A stretch of 64,000 nucleotides of DNA from an uncultured bacterium (GTDB lineage Bacteria > UBA8481): positions 248,001-312,000 of the forward strand of contig CAZCME010000003.1 in assembly GCA_964499705.1 (NCBI GenBank). Direction: 5' to 3'. Under the pieces are notes generated by a model. It worked only from the letters and a program-made list of their open reading frames with translations, did no database searches and was not told where the DNA came from. Below are positions 28,005 through 38,025 of this stretch, in pieces. A program made the translations under genes and the position numbers. Position 1 is the first letter of the stretch. Each line of letters starts with the position of its first letter.

Positions 28005-30584
28005 ATGATACAGGATATCATCCGGTTTCGCATGATAACTCGCAATCCCAGGAGATTTTTCGGAGCGCGCCTACTCGTCATCCTCGGCGTTTCGCTCATC
28101 CTTCTTGCCGGCCTGGCCATCGTGACTCTCCCATCCACGATCAAGCTCGCGGCGGGTCGCTGGGCGGAATCCCAGGGACTCATCCTCGTCCTGGATGGGC
28201 TTCACGTCGGAAAACAAGTGGTTGCCGAGCATATCTCCGTCCGGCTCGCGTCCCAACCGCTTCCGTTTCTCGAAGCGCGCGGCGTCGTTCTCGGACCGAA
28301 GTGGAGCGAATGCGTCCGGGGGCGATGGATGTTCGGACTTGTCGAAGCGGATTCGGTGGCGGTTCTCTGGAACGAAGCGCTCGCGGAATGGCTGGATTCC
28401 CGTCCGCCGTCGAAGGGCAAAGCGGCGGCATGGGGAGTCGCAAGCATACATGTGCCGGCCTGGTCGGCATCGGTTCTCGGTTGGACCGTGACGGGCGCGA
28501 TGGATGTCATGAATGCCGCTCCGGGCGGCGTGGATTCCGCGCTGGTGCGTTTCGCCACGCTGAAGGGAATCGAAGGAATATGCAGCGTCGAGGCCGGATC
28601 GGCCCGGGTCTCCGTCCGAGGCGCCGGAATCCCGGTCGCCGTGCGCGCGATTCCCGGGATGGACCAGAGCGCCGACACGTGGACTATCGTGGCACGCGCA
28701 TCGAGCACGCCTGTTCCTCGCGCGGCGGCCGGAACCCTGCTTCGAGGTCCCGCCTGGTTCGAAGCGCTCCTCGATCATGGATTTCATGGACGCGCGGAGA
28801 TTCTCGCTGAAAGCGGAGCCACCGGATTCCTGGCCCTGGATGCCGCTCCGGAGAGCGGGCACATTGTGATAGACGGCCGCGTGGGAACGATGCTGACCGT
28901 TGGAGGAACATCCGCATTTTCCGGCGATACCCTGCGAACCCGGATCGCCTACCATGCGACAAGACCCGGCGATGCTGTCCTGGACGGCCGGCTTGAGCTC
29001 GACCTTCTGCCTCTCGACGGAATGCGGATTCTGGAAGGTTCGGCGTTCACGCTCGCGCAGGGGAACGTTCGCGGCGCCCGGCTGCCCGCGGGCCGCATCG
29101 ACTTCTCCGGCGACAACCGGAAAGGATTTCATCTCACCTCGGATGGGGAGCTCGGAAAATGGGAAGCCGATCTGAATACCGGGAAATCCGAAATGACATG
29201 GCGGGGTGTACTTCGCGCGCGCCGCGCGGGATCCGTACGGGACCTCATGGTGTCCGGCCGCGTGGAAGCGCGCCTGCAGCCGGCTGGAATCACGTGGTCG
29301 GCCGGAGGAACGCTTTCAGGAATCGCCGACGCGGGAGCGACGCCCGTGAAATTCCAGGGTGAAGGAGAAGGTTCGGGGATCGGCGAAAGGATCGGGCTCA
29401 GGGCGCGCGCGATTTCTCTCGAACCGGCGAAGGGCGCGGCTTCGTGGAGATTGAACCTGGCCGATCTGAAGGTCGAGGGCACGGCATCGTCATGGAAGGC
29501 CGGCCTGGGAACATCGAGCTCGCTGCGGCTCCACGGAAGATCGCTCCCCCTGAAGCTCGAGGCAAAAGGCGGGCAGGAGAGCATCGAGCTGAATCCGGTG
29601 AGCGTGGGAGGCGTGACAGTCCGGGCGCGCGCCGTCCTGGCCGGCGGCCGGTATCGCGAGACGCGCGTGACGATCGAGGAGACGCCGCTCATGGCGCTGG
29701 CCGCCTTTCTACCTCCGCCCCAGAAGACGATCCTCGACCGGTCGGAGGTAGCAGGTCAAGTGCGCGGCGAATTCCGGCATTCTTCCGACCGGCGCATCGA
29801 CGGATCCCTGCATCTCGACGTGAAAAAATTCCATGATCCCGTTTCGGACTTTCTCGTGGAAAACCTCACGGCGGAGATCCCGATCCGCCAACGCTTCGTC
29901 GATCCCGGCAAGGTCCAGGTCACGGATGCCGATCGGTGGCCGGATGTTCCGGTGAACCTCCGTATCGGAGCTCTCGGGCAGAAGGACATCATGGCGCGCG
30001 ACCTGTCCGGCCGCGCCGTCTTCGCCGACTACGTCTTCCGCTTCCGCGACATCTCCTTTGCGATCTTGGGAGGACTAGCCCGTTCCCGGTTCATACTCGA
30101 TCCCTTCCGCGACGAAATGGGTCGCTGGCGAGCCGCGCTCGAGCTGAAGGTCGACGGCGTGCCGCTCGCGAATCTCTACGAGGCGTTCATCGGCAAAGGC
30201 TCCGTCGCGCGGACGATGAAGGGCGAGATCAATTTCGAGATGGAAACCGCATGGACCGACACCAAGTGTCACGAAGGAAAGGGCAGCGTCGCGGCACCGC
30301 AACCGGGCCGCATCGGTCACAAGGTCATCAGCGCTCTCGTGCAGATGCTCGATAAGGAGAAGCGTCCGCCCGGATTCGCGCTCATGCTGGTCGGCGACTA
30401 TTACTTCGATGAGTTTCGGATCGACCTCGTGCGGGATGAGGAACTTTCCGATTTCAGAACCGACATCCATCTCGCCAGCGAGAAGGAAACTTTCCTGGGA
30501 TTCCTGACGATCGAAAACGCGTCGCTCCTGAGGCTCATTTCCCGGCTGCCCGTGGATGCCACGAGCGAGATCGGGTTCCAATAA
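28005..30584 (+). CDS. YdbH/AsmA-like bridge-type lipid transfer protein
   Basis: N-terminal anchor TM, long glycine-rich beta-strand body, C-terminal 'ILGG...LKVDGVPLANL...MKGEI' YdbH-like. Start 28005 or 28032. Confidence 0.65.
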   Translation: MIQDIIRFRMITRNPRRFFGARLLVILGVSLILLAGLAIVTLPSTIKLAAGRWAESQGLILVLDGLHVGKQVVAEHISVRLASQPLPFLEARGVVLGPKWSECVRGRWMFGLVEADSVAVLWNEALAEWLDSRPPSKGKAAAWGVASIHVPAWSASVLGWTVTGAMDVMNAAPGGVDSALVRFATLKGIEGICSVEAGSARVSVRGAGIPVAVRAIPGMDQSADTWTIVARASSTPVPRAAAGTLLRGPAWFEALLDHGFHGRAEILAESGATGFLALDAAPESGHIVIDGRVGTMLTVGGTSAFSGDTLRTRIAYHATRPGDAVLDGRLELDLLPLDGMRILEGSAFTLAQGNVRGARLPAGRIDFSGDNRKGFHLTSDGELGKWEADLNTGKSEMTWRGVLRARRAGSVRDLMVSGRVEARLQPAGITWSAGGTLSGIADAGATPVKFQGEGEGSGIGERIGLRARAISLEPAKGAASWRLNLADLKVEGTASSWKAGLGTSSSLRLHGRSLPLKLEAKGGQESIELNPVSVGGVTVRARAVLAGGRYRETRVTIEETPLMALAAFLPPPQKTILDRSEVAGQVRGEFRHSSDRRIDGSLHLDVKKFHDPVSDFLVENLTAEIPIRQRFVDPGKVQVTDADRWPDVPVNLRIGALGQKDIMARDLSGRAVFADYVFRFRDISFAILGGLARSRFILDPFRDEMGRWRAALELKVDGVPLANLYEAFIGKGSVARTMKGEINFEMETAWTDTKCHEGKGSVAAPQPGRIGHKVISALVQMLDKEKRPPGFALMLVGDYYFDEFRIDLVRDEELSDFRTDIHLASEKETFLGFLTIENASLLRLISRLPVDATSEIGFQ

Positions 30585-30601
30585 GGACCGTATCGAAAGC
30601 C

Positions 30602-31075
30602 CTACTTTCGATTGGTCTTGAGTTCGACGATGTAGCCCGAGAGCGGCAGCCAGGATATTTCCGCGGCATCGCCCGTCTCGAATTTCGGGGAGCCTGCCAG
30701 CTTGTCATCGAGCAGCAGCCGTCGGCCGGCGATCGTCAAGGCGATGACCCTGGCCTTGACGATCTGCGTTTCCCAGATGGATTCCTCGGTGCGGAGCACG
30801 GTGCCGTTCCTGAGATCGTCGGTGAGAAGCTTCTGCTTGGAGACCATGGCGAACGTGGCGAACGCCCAGAGCCCGGCCAGGATAAAACAGAGCCCTCCGC
30901 CGATCACGGCATCGTTCCCCTCGGATTCGGCGACGATGAAACACCCGAGCGCGGCCGTCGCGACCGCTAGGATGGCGGCAAAGGCGATGAAGAGCCTGGA
31001 GCTCTTCTGGAAGGCGACGATGCGCCGCCCTTCCTCATCGGTCATTTTCCGCTCCACCGGTTCGAACGTTTCCAT
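30602..31075 (-). CDS. Two-TM hypothetical membrane protein
   Basis: ATG 31075 (METFEPV); two hydrophobic helices followed by an OB-like 'FETGDAAEISWLP' tail. Confidence 0.65.
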   Translation of the reverse strand: METFEPVERKMTDEEGRRIVAFQKSSRLFIAFAAILAVATAALGCFIVAESEGNDAVIGGGLCFILAGLWAFATFAMVSKQKLLTDDLRNGTVLRTEESIWETQIVKARVIALTIAGRRLLLDDKLAGSPKFETGDAAEISWLPLSGYIVELKTNRK

Positions 31076-31316
31076 GCGTGCAATGTAGGGATGAGGGCTG
31101 TTAATGACAAGAGAAATAGGCTCCGGCGAATCAGAGTTACAGGCTTTCCCGTGCCGCGGCGAGTCGATCATGGCCCGCGTTGCGGACGGCGCAACAATCT
31201 TCCGCATTTCCCCGCAACAGCTTCTGCAACGCGATGTGGATTTCAAAAATTGTCATTAATTAATGATTGACGACCCCGCATCAGATATTATCAGATACTT
31301 TCCTAGGGGAAGACCC

Positions 31317-31439
31317 ATGGGAGAAACCGCATGGACATATGTGTTGATCTGCATCGTCATGACGACGGAGCTTGCCCTTGTCCTCGCGTTTCTTTGGCTT
31401 GTCTGGGACGATTTGAAACGAAAGAAGGTTCCGTACTGA
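31317..31439 (+). CDS. 40-aa single-TM small protein (not in ORF track)
   Basis: MGETAWTYVLICIVMTTELALVLAFLWLVWDDLKRKKVPY; purine-rich AGGGGAAG upstream; stop 1 nt before the PilZ ATG. Confidence 0.55.
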   Translation: MGETAWTYVLICIVMTTELALVLAFLWLVWDDLKRKKVPY

Positions 31440-31440
31440 A

Positions 31441-31788
31441 ATGTCCATGCCGCAGGGAGTGAACGAGCGACGCGCCTACCACAGGACGAACATGATCCTG
31501 CCCGCGCTCGCCAATTTCAACCAGGCTTCGATCCCGGGGAGCATCCAGGATATCTCCATCGGGGGGCTGATGATGGAAATCGACGGCCATTCCGTGATCG
31601 TCGCGGAAGCCGAGCACCTGATCGCGGACCGCGCGCCGGTCGTTGTCGATGTTCCGCGTCTTGCGCTGCACGGGATCCCGGCGACGGTGGTGCGGGCGGA
31701 ACAGAACACCCGCGGCTTCAACGTCGCGCTCCATTTCGACCAACCCCGCGTGGACATCGCTCAGAAGATCATCAAGCGCTTCGCCTGA
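31441..31788 (+). CDS. Stand-alone PilZ domain protein (c-di-GMP receptor)
   Basis: RxxxR (ERRAYHR) and DxSxxG (DISIGG) motifs. Confidence 0.85.
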   Translation: MSMPQGVNERRAYHRTNMILPALANFNQASIPGSIQDISIGGLMMEIDGHSVIVAEAEHLIADRAPVVVDVPRLALHGIPATVVRAEQNTRGFNVALHFDQPRVDIAQKIIKRFA

Positions 31789-31834
31789 TCCTTCGCGTCC
31801 GGGCACGCACGTTTCGTCAGATGTGGGATAGCTG

Positions 31835-32530
31835 CTACTCCAGGAATCGATAACCGATTCCCGCTTCGTTCTGGATGGACGGATGTTTTTCCGACGCGGG
31901 GCAGATCTTCTTGCGGAGCCGGTTCACGTAGACGCGCAGATACTGGGACCGCTCCCCGGCCACCGGTCCCCACACATCGCGCAGGAGCTGGCGGTGCGTC
32001 ACGACCTTGCCTCGATTCCGGATGAGAATTCGAAGGAGCGCGTATTCGGTCGCGGTCAGGTGGATTTCGCCTTCTCGGACGCGGATGGCGCGCGCGACGA
32101 AGTCCACTTCGAGCGCGCCGCATCGATACACGGGATCTTCGTGAACCTGCGACGCCTGGCGGCGGATGGCGCGCAGCCGCGCGACGAGTTCGGCGGCGTG
32201 GAACGGTTTCGTCAGGTAATCGTTGGCCCCCGCATCGAGAGCCTCCACCTTGTCATCGACATCCTGCCGCACCGACAGGATGAGGACCGGCACGCTGCTC
32301 CATTCGCGCAGGCGCTTCAGCGTCTCCAGGCCGTCCGTATCCGGCAGGCCCAGGTCCAGGATGACGACATCCGGCTTGGCGTAGGCGGCCTCCGTCAAGC
32401 CGCCCTGTCCCGTTGAGGCTTCCTTCACGATGAAAGCTTCAGCCTCGAGGATCTGCCGCAAAAGCTTCCGGATTGCCGGCTCGTCATCGATGACAAGAGC
32501 GGTCGGATTCGCGGCGGCACCGGCTTTCAC
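31835..32530 (-). CDS. kdpE: KDP operon response regulator
   Basis: REC (IDDE, DLGLPD, KPF) plus OmpR wHTH (HLTATEY, QYLRVY, GIGYRF); overlaps kdpD stop. Confidence 0.93.
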   Translation of the reverse strand: MKAGAAANPTALVIDDEPAIRKLLRQILEAEAFIVKEASTGQGGLTEAAYAKPDVVILDLGLPDTDGLETLKRLREWSSVPVLILSVRQDVDDKVEALDAGANDYLTKPFHAAELVARLRAIRRQASQVHEDPVYRCGALEVDFVARAIRVREGEIHLTATEYALLRILIRNRGKVVTHRQLLRDVWGPVAGERSQYLRVYVNRLRKKICPASEKHPSIQNEAGIGYRFLE

Positions 32531-35193
32531 TCCTCCACGCTCGCCGTTTCCGCCGGGATCGACAGGTTGAACTCCGCGCCCCCCTCCTCGCGGTTGCGCG
32601 CCGTGACCGAGCCGTTCATGGCATGAGCGAGCCCGGCGACGATGGCGAGCCCGAGACCGGTGCCGCCCGTCCTGCCGCGGTCGCCGCGGAAGAATTTCTC
32701 GAAGACGTGCGGCAGGATGTCTTCCGCGATTCCCATGCCTTCATCCGCGACGGAGAGGAGAAGTCTGCCGGAAACGAGGCGTGCGGAGAGGGAGATCGTC
32801 GATCCGGCGGGACTGTGCTGCGCGGCGTTGGTCATGAGGTTACAGAGAATACATTGGAGGAAGGCGGCGTCCAGCTTCACCGCCGCCTGCGCAGAATCGT
32901 CGAGCGTCACCCGCACGACGTGCTTCTCGATCAGCTCGGCGATCTGGCTTCGCGCGGCGTCGATCACTTCGTCGAGCTCGCACCAGACGTTCTCCGGCCG
33001 CGCATGCCCCGCCTCGAGCCGGGACATATTGAGCAGGTTCTCGACGACGTTCCTGAGCCGGATGATCGAGGCTTCGATATCCGCGGCCCGTTGCGCTTCT
33101 TCGGGGGACGCGGCGGCCTTCTTCATCGATGCGGAAGTCGCGGCGATGACCGCGAGCGGAGTCTTGAGCTCATGAGAGACGCTCGAAAAGAGCGTCTTGT
33201 ACAGGCGTTCCGATTCGTCCGCGATCTGCAGGAGGCCGGCGCGCCGGATGAGCGCCTCCCGCTCGATCATGGCCGCCAGGAGATCGGCGAAGGCGTCCAG
33301 AAGATCGAGTTCGTCGAGCGAGAATCGTTCTTCCTGAGCGCGTCGGACTCCCAGGACGCCCACAATGGAATCTCCGGTGGCCAGGGGCATGTAGAGACCT
33401 TCGGCATCCGGAAGGGTGTCGGTCCCGCGTCCCGCTCGATTGCGATTGACGAAGACCCAGGAGACGACGCCGAATTCCTTATCGCCCGGCCGCCACGCGC
33501 TGGAAGCGCGCGGCTCGGGAGAGAGCCGACCGCCGTCGTCGGCGACATGGATGGAGCAGTTCGCATGGAAGACGCGTTTCAATTCCTCGGCGGCCAGCGC
33601 CAGCCCTTCGTCCATGTTCCTGCTTCCGATGACCGACCGCGACAGGCGGTACAGGGCGCGCGTGCGTTCCTGCCGCCTCCGTTCCGCGCTCTCGCGCCAC
33701 TTCAACTGAGCGGTCGTATGGCCCATCACGACGGCCACGAGAAAGAACATGCCGAACATGAGAGCATCCTCGAAACGCTCGATGCGGAATGTGAAGCGCG
33801 GAGGTATGAAGAGGAAGTTCCAGCAGAGGGCGCTCATCGTCGCGATCGCGAATGTGGCGCCTCGGGAGAACCGCGTCGCGAGGAAGACGACGACCGCGAG
33901 GTAGAGAATCGAGATCGACCAATATCCCGTCCATGGATTCAGGATGAGAAAGAGGATGGTGAAAGCGCCAGTGATGCCGCACCCCTTCAGGATTTCGGTC
34001 ATCCACGGAGTCTCGACCTTTTGATCCGGCAGGGAGACAGCGGCTGGATTTTCGGCACCCGCCCGCACGACGCAGATATCGATATGTCCGCTTTCGTCCA
34101 TGAGTTTCCGGAGCGCGGCATTCCGGCGGCGGCGGGACCAGTAGGATCCCAGGGGCTTGCCCACGATGATCTGCGTCACGTTCAACGACCGGGCTTCATC
34201 CATCAGGGCGGTCGCGAGATCGTCTCCCGCGGTCCAGACGATTTCCGCGCCGAGCTGGCGGGCCAGCGTCAGGTTTTTGGAGAGCCTTTCTTTTGCCGAG
34301 GGGGACAACGCGTCCGCGGACTCGACATAGACGGCGACCCAGGGCGCGTCGAGCGCCGCCGCCATGCGGCGCGTGTAGCGCACGAGGTAGTTGGAATAGG
34401 GACTGGGTCCGACCGCCACCATGAGACGTTCCCCGGATCGCCATGGTCCCGCGATATTCCTGGCGCTCATCGTGTCCCTGAGATCCCGGCCCACATGCTC
34501 CGCGGTGACGCGCAACGCCATTTCCCGCAGCGCCGTCAGGTTCTCCTCGCGAAAGAAATTGTCCGCCGCCGTGGCCGCGCGCTCTCCCATGTACACCTTC
34601 CCCTCGGAAAGACGTCCGCGCAGGATTTCGGGAGTGAGATCGACGAGGTGGATTTCGTCGGCTGCATCGACGATGGAGTCCGGCACGGTTTCGCGCACCG
34701 CGATGCCGGCGATTCCCTGCACGATGTCGACCCGGCTCTCGATGTGCTGGACATTCAGGGTCGTCAGCACGTCGATGCCGGCATCGAGAAGTTCCAGCAC
34801 ATCCTGGTGCCGCTTGGGATGGCGGCTGCCCGGAGCGTTGGTGTGCGCGAGCTCGTCGACAATCACGGTTCCCGGTTTTTTCAGGAGGATCCCGTCCAGG
34901 TCCATCTCGCGAAGCGTCGTGCCCCTGTAGGCAATCTCCTTCAGAGGAAGCCGGGGCAATCCATCCAGGAGAGCCTCCGTTTCGACGCGGCCGTGGGTTT
35001 CGACGACGGCCGCGAGCACGTCGATGCCGGTCCCGCGCATGCGCCGGGCCGACATGAGCATGGCGTAGGTTTTTCCCACGCCGGCGCACATGCCGAGAAA
35101 GACGGTCAATTTTCCGCGGCGGGATTTTCCGGACGCGGCTTTCAGTTCCGCCAGAAGTCGATCCGGATCGGGTCGCTGATCCTGCTTCGTCAT
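32527..35193 (-). CDS. kdpD: Osmosensitive K+ sensor histidine kinase
   Basis: RPDPD, GVGKTYAML, DELAHTN, TTLNVQH, Usp, 4 TM, GAF, SHELKTP, HATPase GTGLGL. Confidence 0.95.
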   Translation of the reverse strand: MTKQDQRPDPDRLLAELKAASGKSRRGKLTVFLGMCAGVGKTYAMLMSARRMRGTGIDVLAAVVETHGRVETEALLDGLPRLPLKEIAYRGTTLREMDLDGILLKKPGTVIVDELAHTNAPGSRHPKRHQDVLELLDAGIDVLTTLNVQHIESRVDIVQGIAGIAVRETVPDSIVDAADEIHLVDLTPEILRGRLSEGKVYMGERAATAADNFFREENLTALREMALRVTAEHVGRDLRDTMSARNIAGPWRSGERLMVAVGPSPYSNYLVRYTRRMAAALDAPWVAVYVESADALSPSAKERLSKNLTLARQLGAEIVWTAGDDLATALMDEARSLNVTQIIVGKPLGSYWSRRRRNAALRKLMDESGHIDICVVRAGAENPAAVSLPDQKVETPWMTEILKGCGITGAFTILFLILNPWTGYWSISILYLAVVVFLATRFSRGATFAIATMSALCWNFLFIPPRFTFRIERFEDALMFGMFFLVAVVMGHTTAQLKWRESAERRRQERTRALYRLSRSVIGSRNMDEGLALAAEELKRVFHANCSIHVADDGGRLSPEPRASSAWRPGDKEFGVVSWVFVNRNRAGRGTDTLPDAEGLYMPLATGDSIVGVLGVRRAQEERFSLDELDLLDAFADLLAAMIEREALIRRAGLLQIADESERLYKTLFSSVSHELKTPLAVIAATSASMKKAAASPEEAQRAADIEASIIRLRNVVENLLNMSRLEAGHARPENVWCELDEVIDAARSQIAELIEKHVVRVTLDDSAQAAVKLDAAFLQCILCNLMTNAAQHSPAGSTISLSARLVSGRLLLSVADEGMGIAEDILPHVFEKFFRGDRGRTGGTGLGLAIVAGLAHAMNGSVTARNREEGGAEFNLSIPAETASVEE

Positions 35194-35200
35194 GACACGA

Positions 35201-35377
35201 TTATGGCTCATCGCGCCGCGAATCGAACCATGAAAAGTCACAACGTTGATCGAGCTTTCTCCGCATTCGTCTCATCTTGACGCGCATGATCACTCCGGAA
35301 ATGAAGAAGGGGATCAGGATCGCGCAGAAGATCATGAGAAGAAGAAGCTCGAGCGCGGGATGGAGCATTGCGATCAT
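35201..35377 (-). CDS. 58-aa single-TM small protein (or gene remnant) between kdpC and kdpD
   Basis: ATG overlaps kdpC stop (ATGA); [41 protein letters not shown]..., hydrophobic helix followed by a basic patch. Confidence 0.45.
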   Translation of the reverse strand: MIAMLHPALELLLLMIFCAILIPFFISGVIMRVKMRRMRRKLDQRCDFSWFDSRRDEP

Positions 35378-35958
35378 CGGCCCAGCTCCATGTTCAACCG
35401 CAGAATATTCACGCGCTCCTCGCCGAAGATTCCCAGGACGCGAGGTTCCGTGAGGCGGTGGATCGTTTTGGCAGCCCGTTCCTTTTCGTCGGCGGTCCAT
35501 CCTCGCGCCGCCGTCACGCGCTCCAGTTGATACAGGACGGCTTGAGGCGGAAGATGCGGATCGAGGCCGCTTCCCGATGCGGTCAGAAGATGCGCGGGTA
35601 TGAGGCGCCGCGACTGGTTCGTATCGCCGCCGTCGATGGCCGCCGCGCGCGCGTCGATCGCGGTCCTGAGCGCCCCGCTGGTCGGTCCGGCGTTGGATGC
35701 TGCGCTTGACATCGTGCCGTAACCACAGGCGGAAGGGCGGGAATGAAAGGCGCGCGAGTCGGTGAACGATTGAGCCAGTAACGATGAGCCGACAACGCGT
35801 CCGGCCACGCGCACCAGGCTTCCCTCCGCTTCCGCGGGGAAGATCGCCTGAGCCGCGAACGTCACGGCGAGCGGATAGAGCACCCCGCAGAGAAGGAACA
35901 TCAGCAGGTAGGTGATCGCGGATTGACGGAGAGTTTTCAAGAAAGTCTTCATGATCAT
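35374..35958 (-). CDS. kdpC: K+-transporting ATPase subunit C
   Basis: [40 protein letters not shown]. Confidence 0.95.
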   Translation of the reverse strand: MIMKTFLKTLRQSAITYLLMFLLCGVLYPLAVTFAAQAIFPAEAEGSLVRVAGRVVGSSLLAQSFTDSRAFHSRPSACGYGTMSSAASNAGPTSGALRTAIDARAAAIDGGDTNQSRRLIPAHLLTASGSGLDPHLPPQAVLYQLERVTAARGWTADEKERAAKTIHRLTEPRVLGIFGEERVNILRLNMELGR

Positions 35959-38021
35959 GCGGCTCCTGTTCCGGCCAGAATAAGATCGATGAGCTTGATG
36001 CCGATGAACGGCGCGACCAGCCCGCCGAGGCCGTAGACGAGGAGATTGCGCCTGAGAATTCCCTCCGCGCCGATCGGTTCGTATTTCACTCCCCGCAGCG
36101 CGAGCGGGATGAGCGCGACGATGACGAGGGCGTTGAAGATGATGGCGGCGAGAATGGCGCTTTCCGGCGTCGCCAGGCCCATGATGTTGAGGGAGGACAG
36201 CTGCCCGGGCCGGCCGTCGATGGCGTAGAGTCCGCCGAACATCGCCGGCAGGATCGCGAAATACTTGGAGACGTCATTGGCGAAGCTGAACGTCGTCAGC
36301 GAGCCCCGCGTCATGAGGATCTGCTTGCCCGTTTCGACGATCTCCAGCAATTTTGTGGGATTCGAATCAAGGTCGATCATGTTCCCGGCCTCGCGCGCGG
36401 CTTGCGTCCCGGTGTGCATCGCCACGCCGACGTCGGCATACGCCAGCGCGGGCGCGTCGTTCGTGCCGTCTCCGATCATGGCGACCAGCCGTCCCTCGGC
36501 CTGCTCCTGGCGGATGCGCGCCAGCTTGTCCTCGGGCCTGGCTTCCGCGATGAAGTCGTCGACCCCTGCTTCCGCGGCGATGGCCGCGGCGGTCAGGGGA
36601 TTATCGCCCGTGATCATCACCGTGCGGATACCCATCTTGCGCAACTGGGCGAATCGCTCTCGAATTCCACCTTTGACGACGTCCTTCAGGTGCACGATGC
36701 CCAGGACGCGATTGTTCTCCGCCACGGCAAGAGGTGTTCCTCCCATGCGGGAAATGTGTTCCGCCCCGGCCAGCGCTTCGGCGGGCATCGTGCCTCCCGC
36801 GGCTTCGACAAATTGCCGGACGGCCGCCACGGCGCCCTTGCGAATGCGACGCATCGCATTCCCCGGGATCGGCAGATCCACGCCGCTCATCCGCGTCTCC
36901 GCCGTGAACGGCACGAAGTGACCCTCGCTGGTTCCGACGTCTCTCGCTCTCAACTGGAATATTTCCTTCGCCAGCACCACGATCGACCGTCCTTCCGGTG
37001 TCTCGTCCGCAAGCGATGCCCATTGCGCCGCCTCCGCCAGTTCCCGTTCCTGGGTTCCCGGCGCCGGCAGGAACGCGGTCGCCATGCGGTTGCCGAGCGT
37101 GATCGTGCCGGTCTTGTCCAGGAGAAGAACGTCGACATCGCCCGCCGCCTCGACCGCGCGCCCGCTCATCGCGAGGACGTTTTTCCGCATCAGCCTGTCC
37201 ATTCCTCCGATGCCGATCGCGGAGAGAAGTCCGCCGATCGTCGTGGGGATGAGGCAGACAAAGAGAGCGGCCAGCGTCGTCAGAGTGATGTTCGCCGCGC
37301 CGGGATTTCCGGATGCCTCCTCGCTGTACCAGGCCAGGGGAGGAAGCGTCAGGACGACGAGAACGAAAACCACGGTGAGCCCGACGAGAACCGCGCCGAG
37401 AGCGCGCTCGTTCGGCGTCTTCTGCCGCTTCGCGCCCTCGATGAGCGAGATCATGCGGTCGAGAAAACCCTCGCCCTGGGCCGCGGTCACCTTGATGACG
37501 ATCCTGTCCGAGAGGACGCGCGTTCCGCCCGTGACCGCGCATCGGTCGCCGCCGCTTTCACGTATCACGGGCGCGGATTCTCCGGTGATGGCGGATTCGT
37601 CCACGGTGGCGATTCCTTCGATCACTTCGCCGTCGGCGGGGATGAGATCTCCGGCTTCGCAGACCACGAGATCATGCTGCATCAGTTCCGTCGCGGCGAT
37701 CGCAATCTCCCTTCCGCCGTCGAGTTTTCGAGCCATGGTGTGGGTGCGCATTGCTCGGAGCGATGCGGCCTGGGCCTTGCCCCGCCCTTCGGCGAGCGAT
37801 TCGGCCAGATTGGCGAAGAGGAGAGTCGCCCAGAGCCAGGCGGCGATCTGCGCGTTGAATGCCGAGAATCTCCAGAAGAGCAGGATCGTGACGGGAACCG
37901 TTACAAGCCAGACAATGAACATGACAGGATTGCGCGCCTGTTCGCGGGGATCGAGCTTGCGGAAGGATTCCGCAGCGGCGGCTCTCCAGAGTGCCGGGTC
38001 ATTCCACGTGGATTGTTTCAT
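35955..38021 (-). CDS. kdpB: K+-transporting ATPase subunit B
   Basis: [22 protein letters not shown] phosphorylation site, [17 protein letters not shown]. Confidence 0.97.
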   Translation of the reverse strand: MKQSTWNDPALWRAAAAESFRKLDPREQARNPVMFIVWLVTVPVTILLFWRFSAFNAQIAAWLWATLLFANLAESLAEGRGKAQAASLRAMRTHTMARKLDGGREIAIAATELMQHDLVVCEAGDLIPADGEVIEGIATVDESAITGESAPVIRESGGDRCAVTGGTRVLSDRIVIKVTAAQGEGFLDRMISLIEGAKRQKTPNERALGAVLVGLTVVFVLVVLTLPPLAWYSEEASGNPGAANITLTTLAALFVCLIPTTIGGLLSAIGIGGMDRLMRKNVLAMSGRAVEAAGDVDVLLLDKTGTITLGNRMATAFLPAPGTQERELAEAAQWASLADETPEGRSIVVLAKEIFQLRARDVGTSEGHFVPFTAETRMSGVDLPIPGNAMRRIRKGAVAAVRQFVEAAGGTMPAEALAGAEHISRMGGTPLAVAENNRVLGIVHLKDVVKGGIRERFAQLRKMGIRTVMITGDNPLTAAAIAAEAGVDDFIAEARPEDKLARIRQEQAEGRLVAMIGDGTNDAPALAYADVGVAMHTGTQAAREAGNMIDLDSNPTKLLEIVETGKQILMTRGSLTTFSFANDVSKYFAILPAMFGGLYAIDGRPGQLSSLNIMGLATPESAILAAIIFNALVIVALIPLALRGVKYEPIGAEGILRRNLLVYGLGGLVAPFIGIKLIDLILAGTGAA

Positions 38022-38025
38022 GGGA

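Noticed and set aside
32623-35280. 885-aa plus-strand ORF antisense to kdpD (likewise 7765-9351, 9428-11188, 15817-17454, 21261-22826, 36402-38114, 47787-49061, 57757-59043)
   Set aside because: Shadow ORFs typical of GC-rich codon bias; each lies opposite a gene with clear family motifs and shows none of its own.
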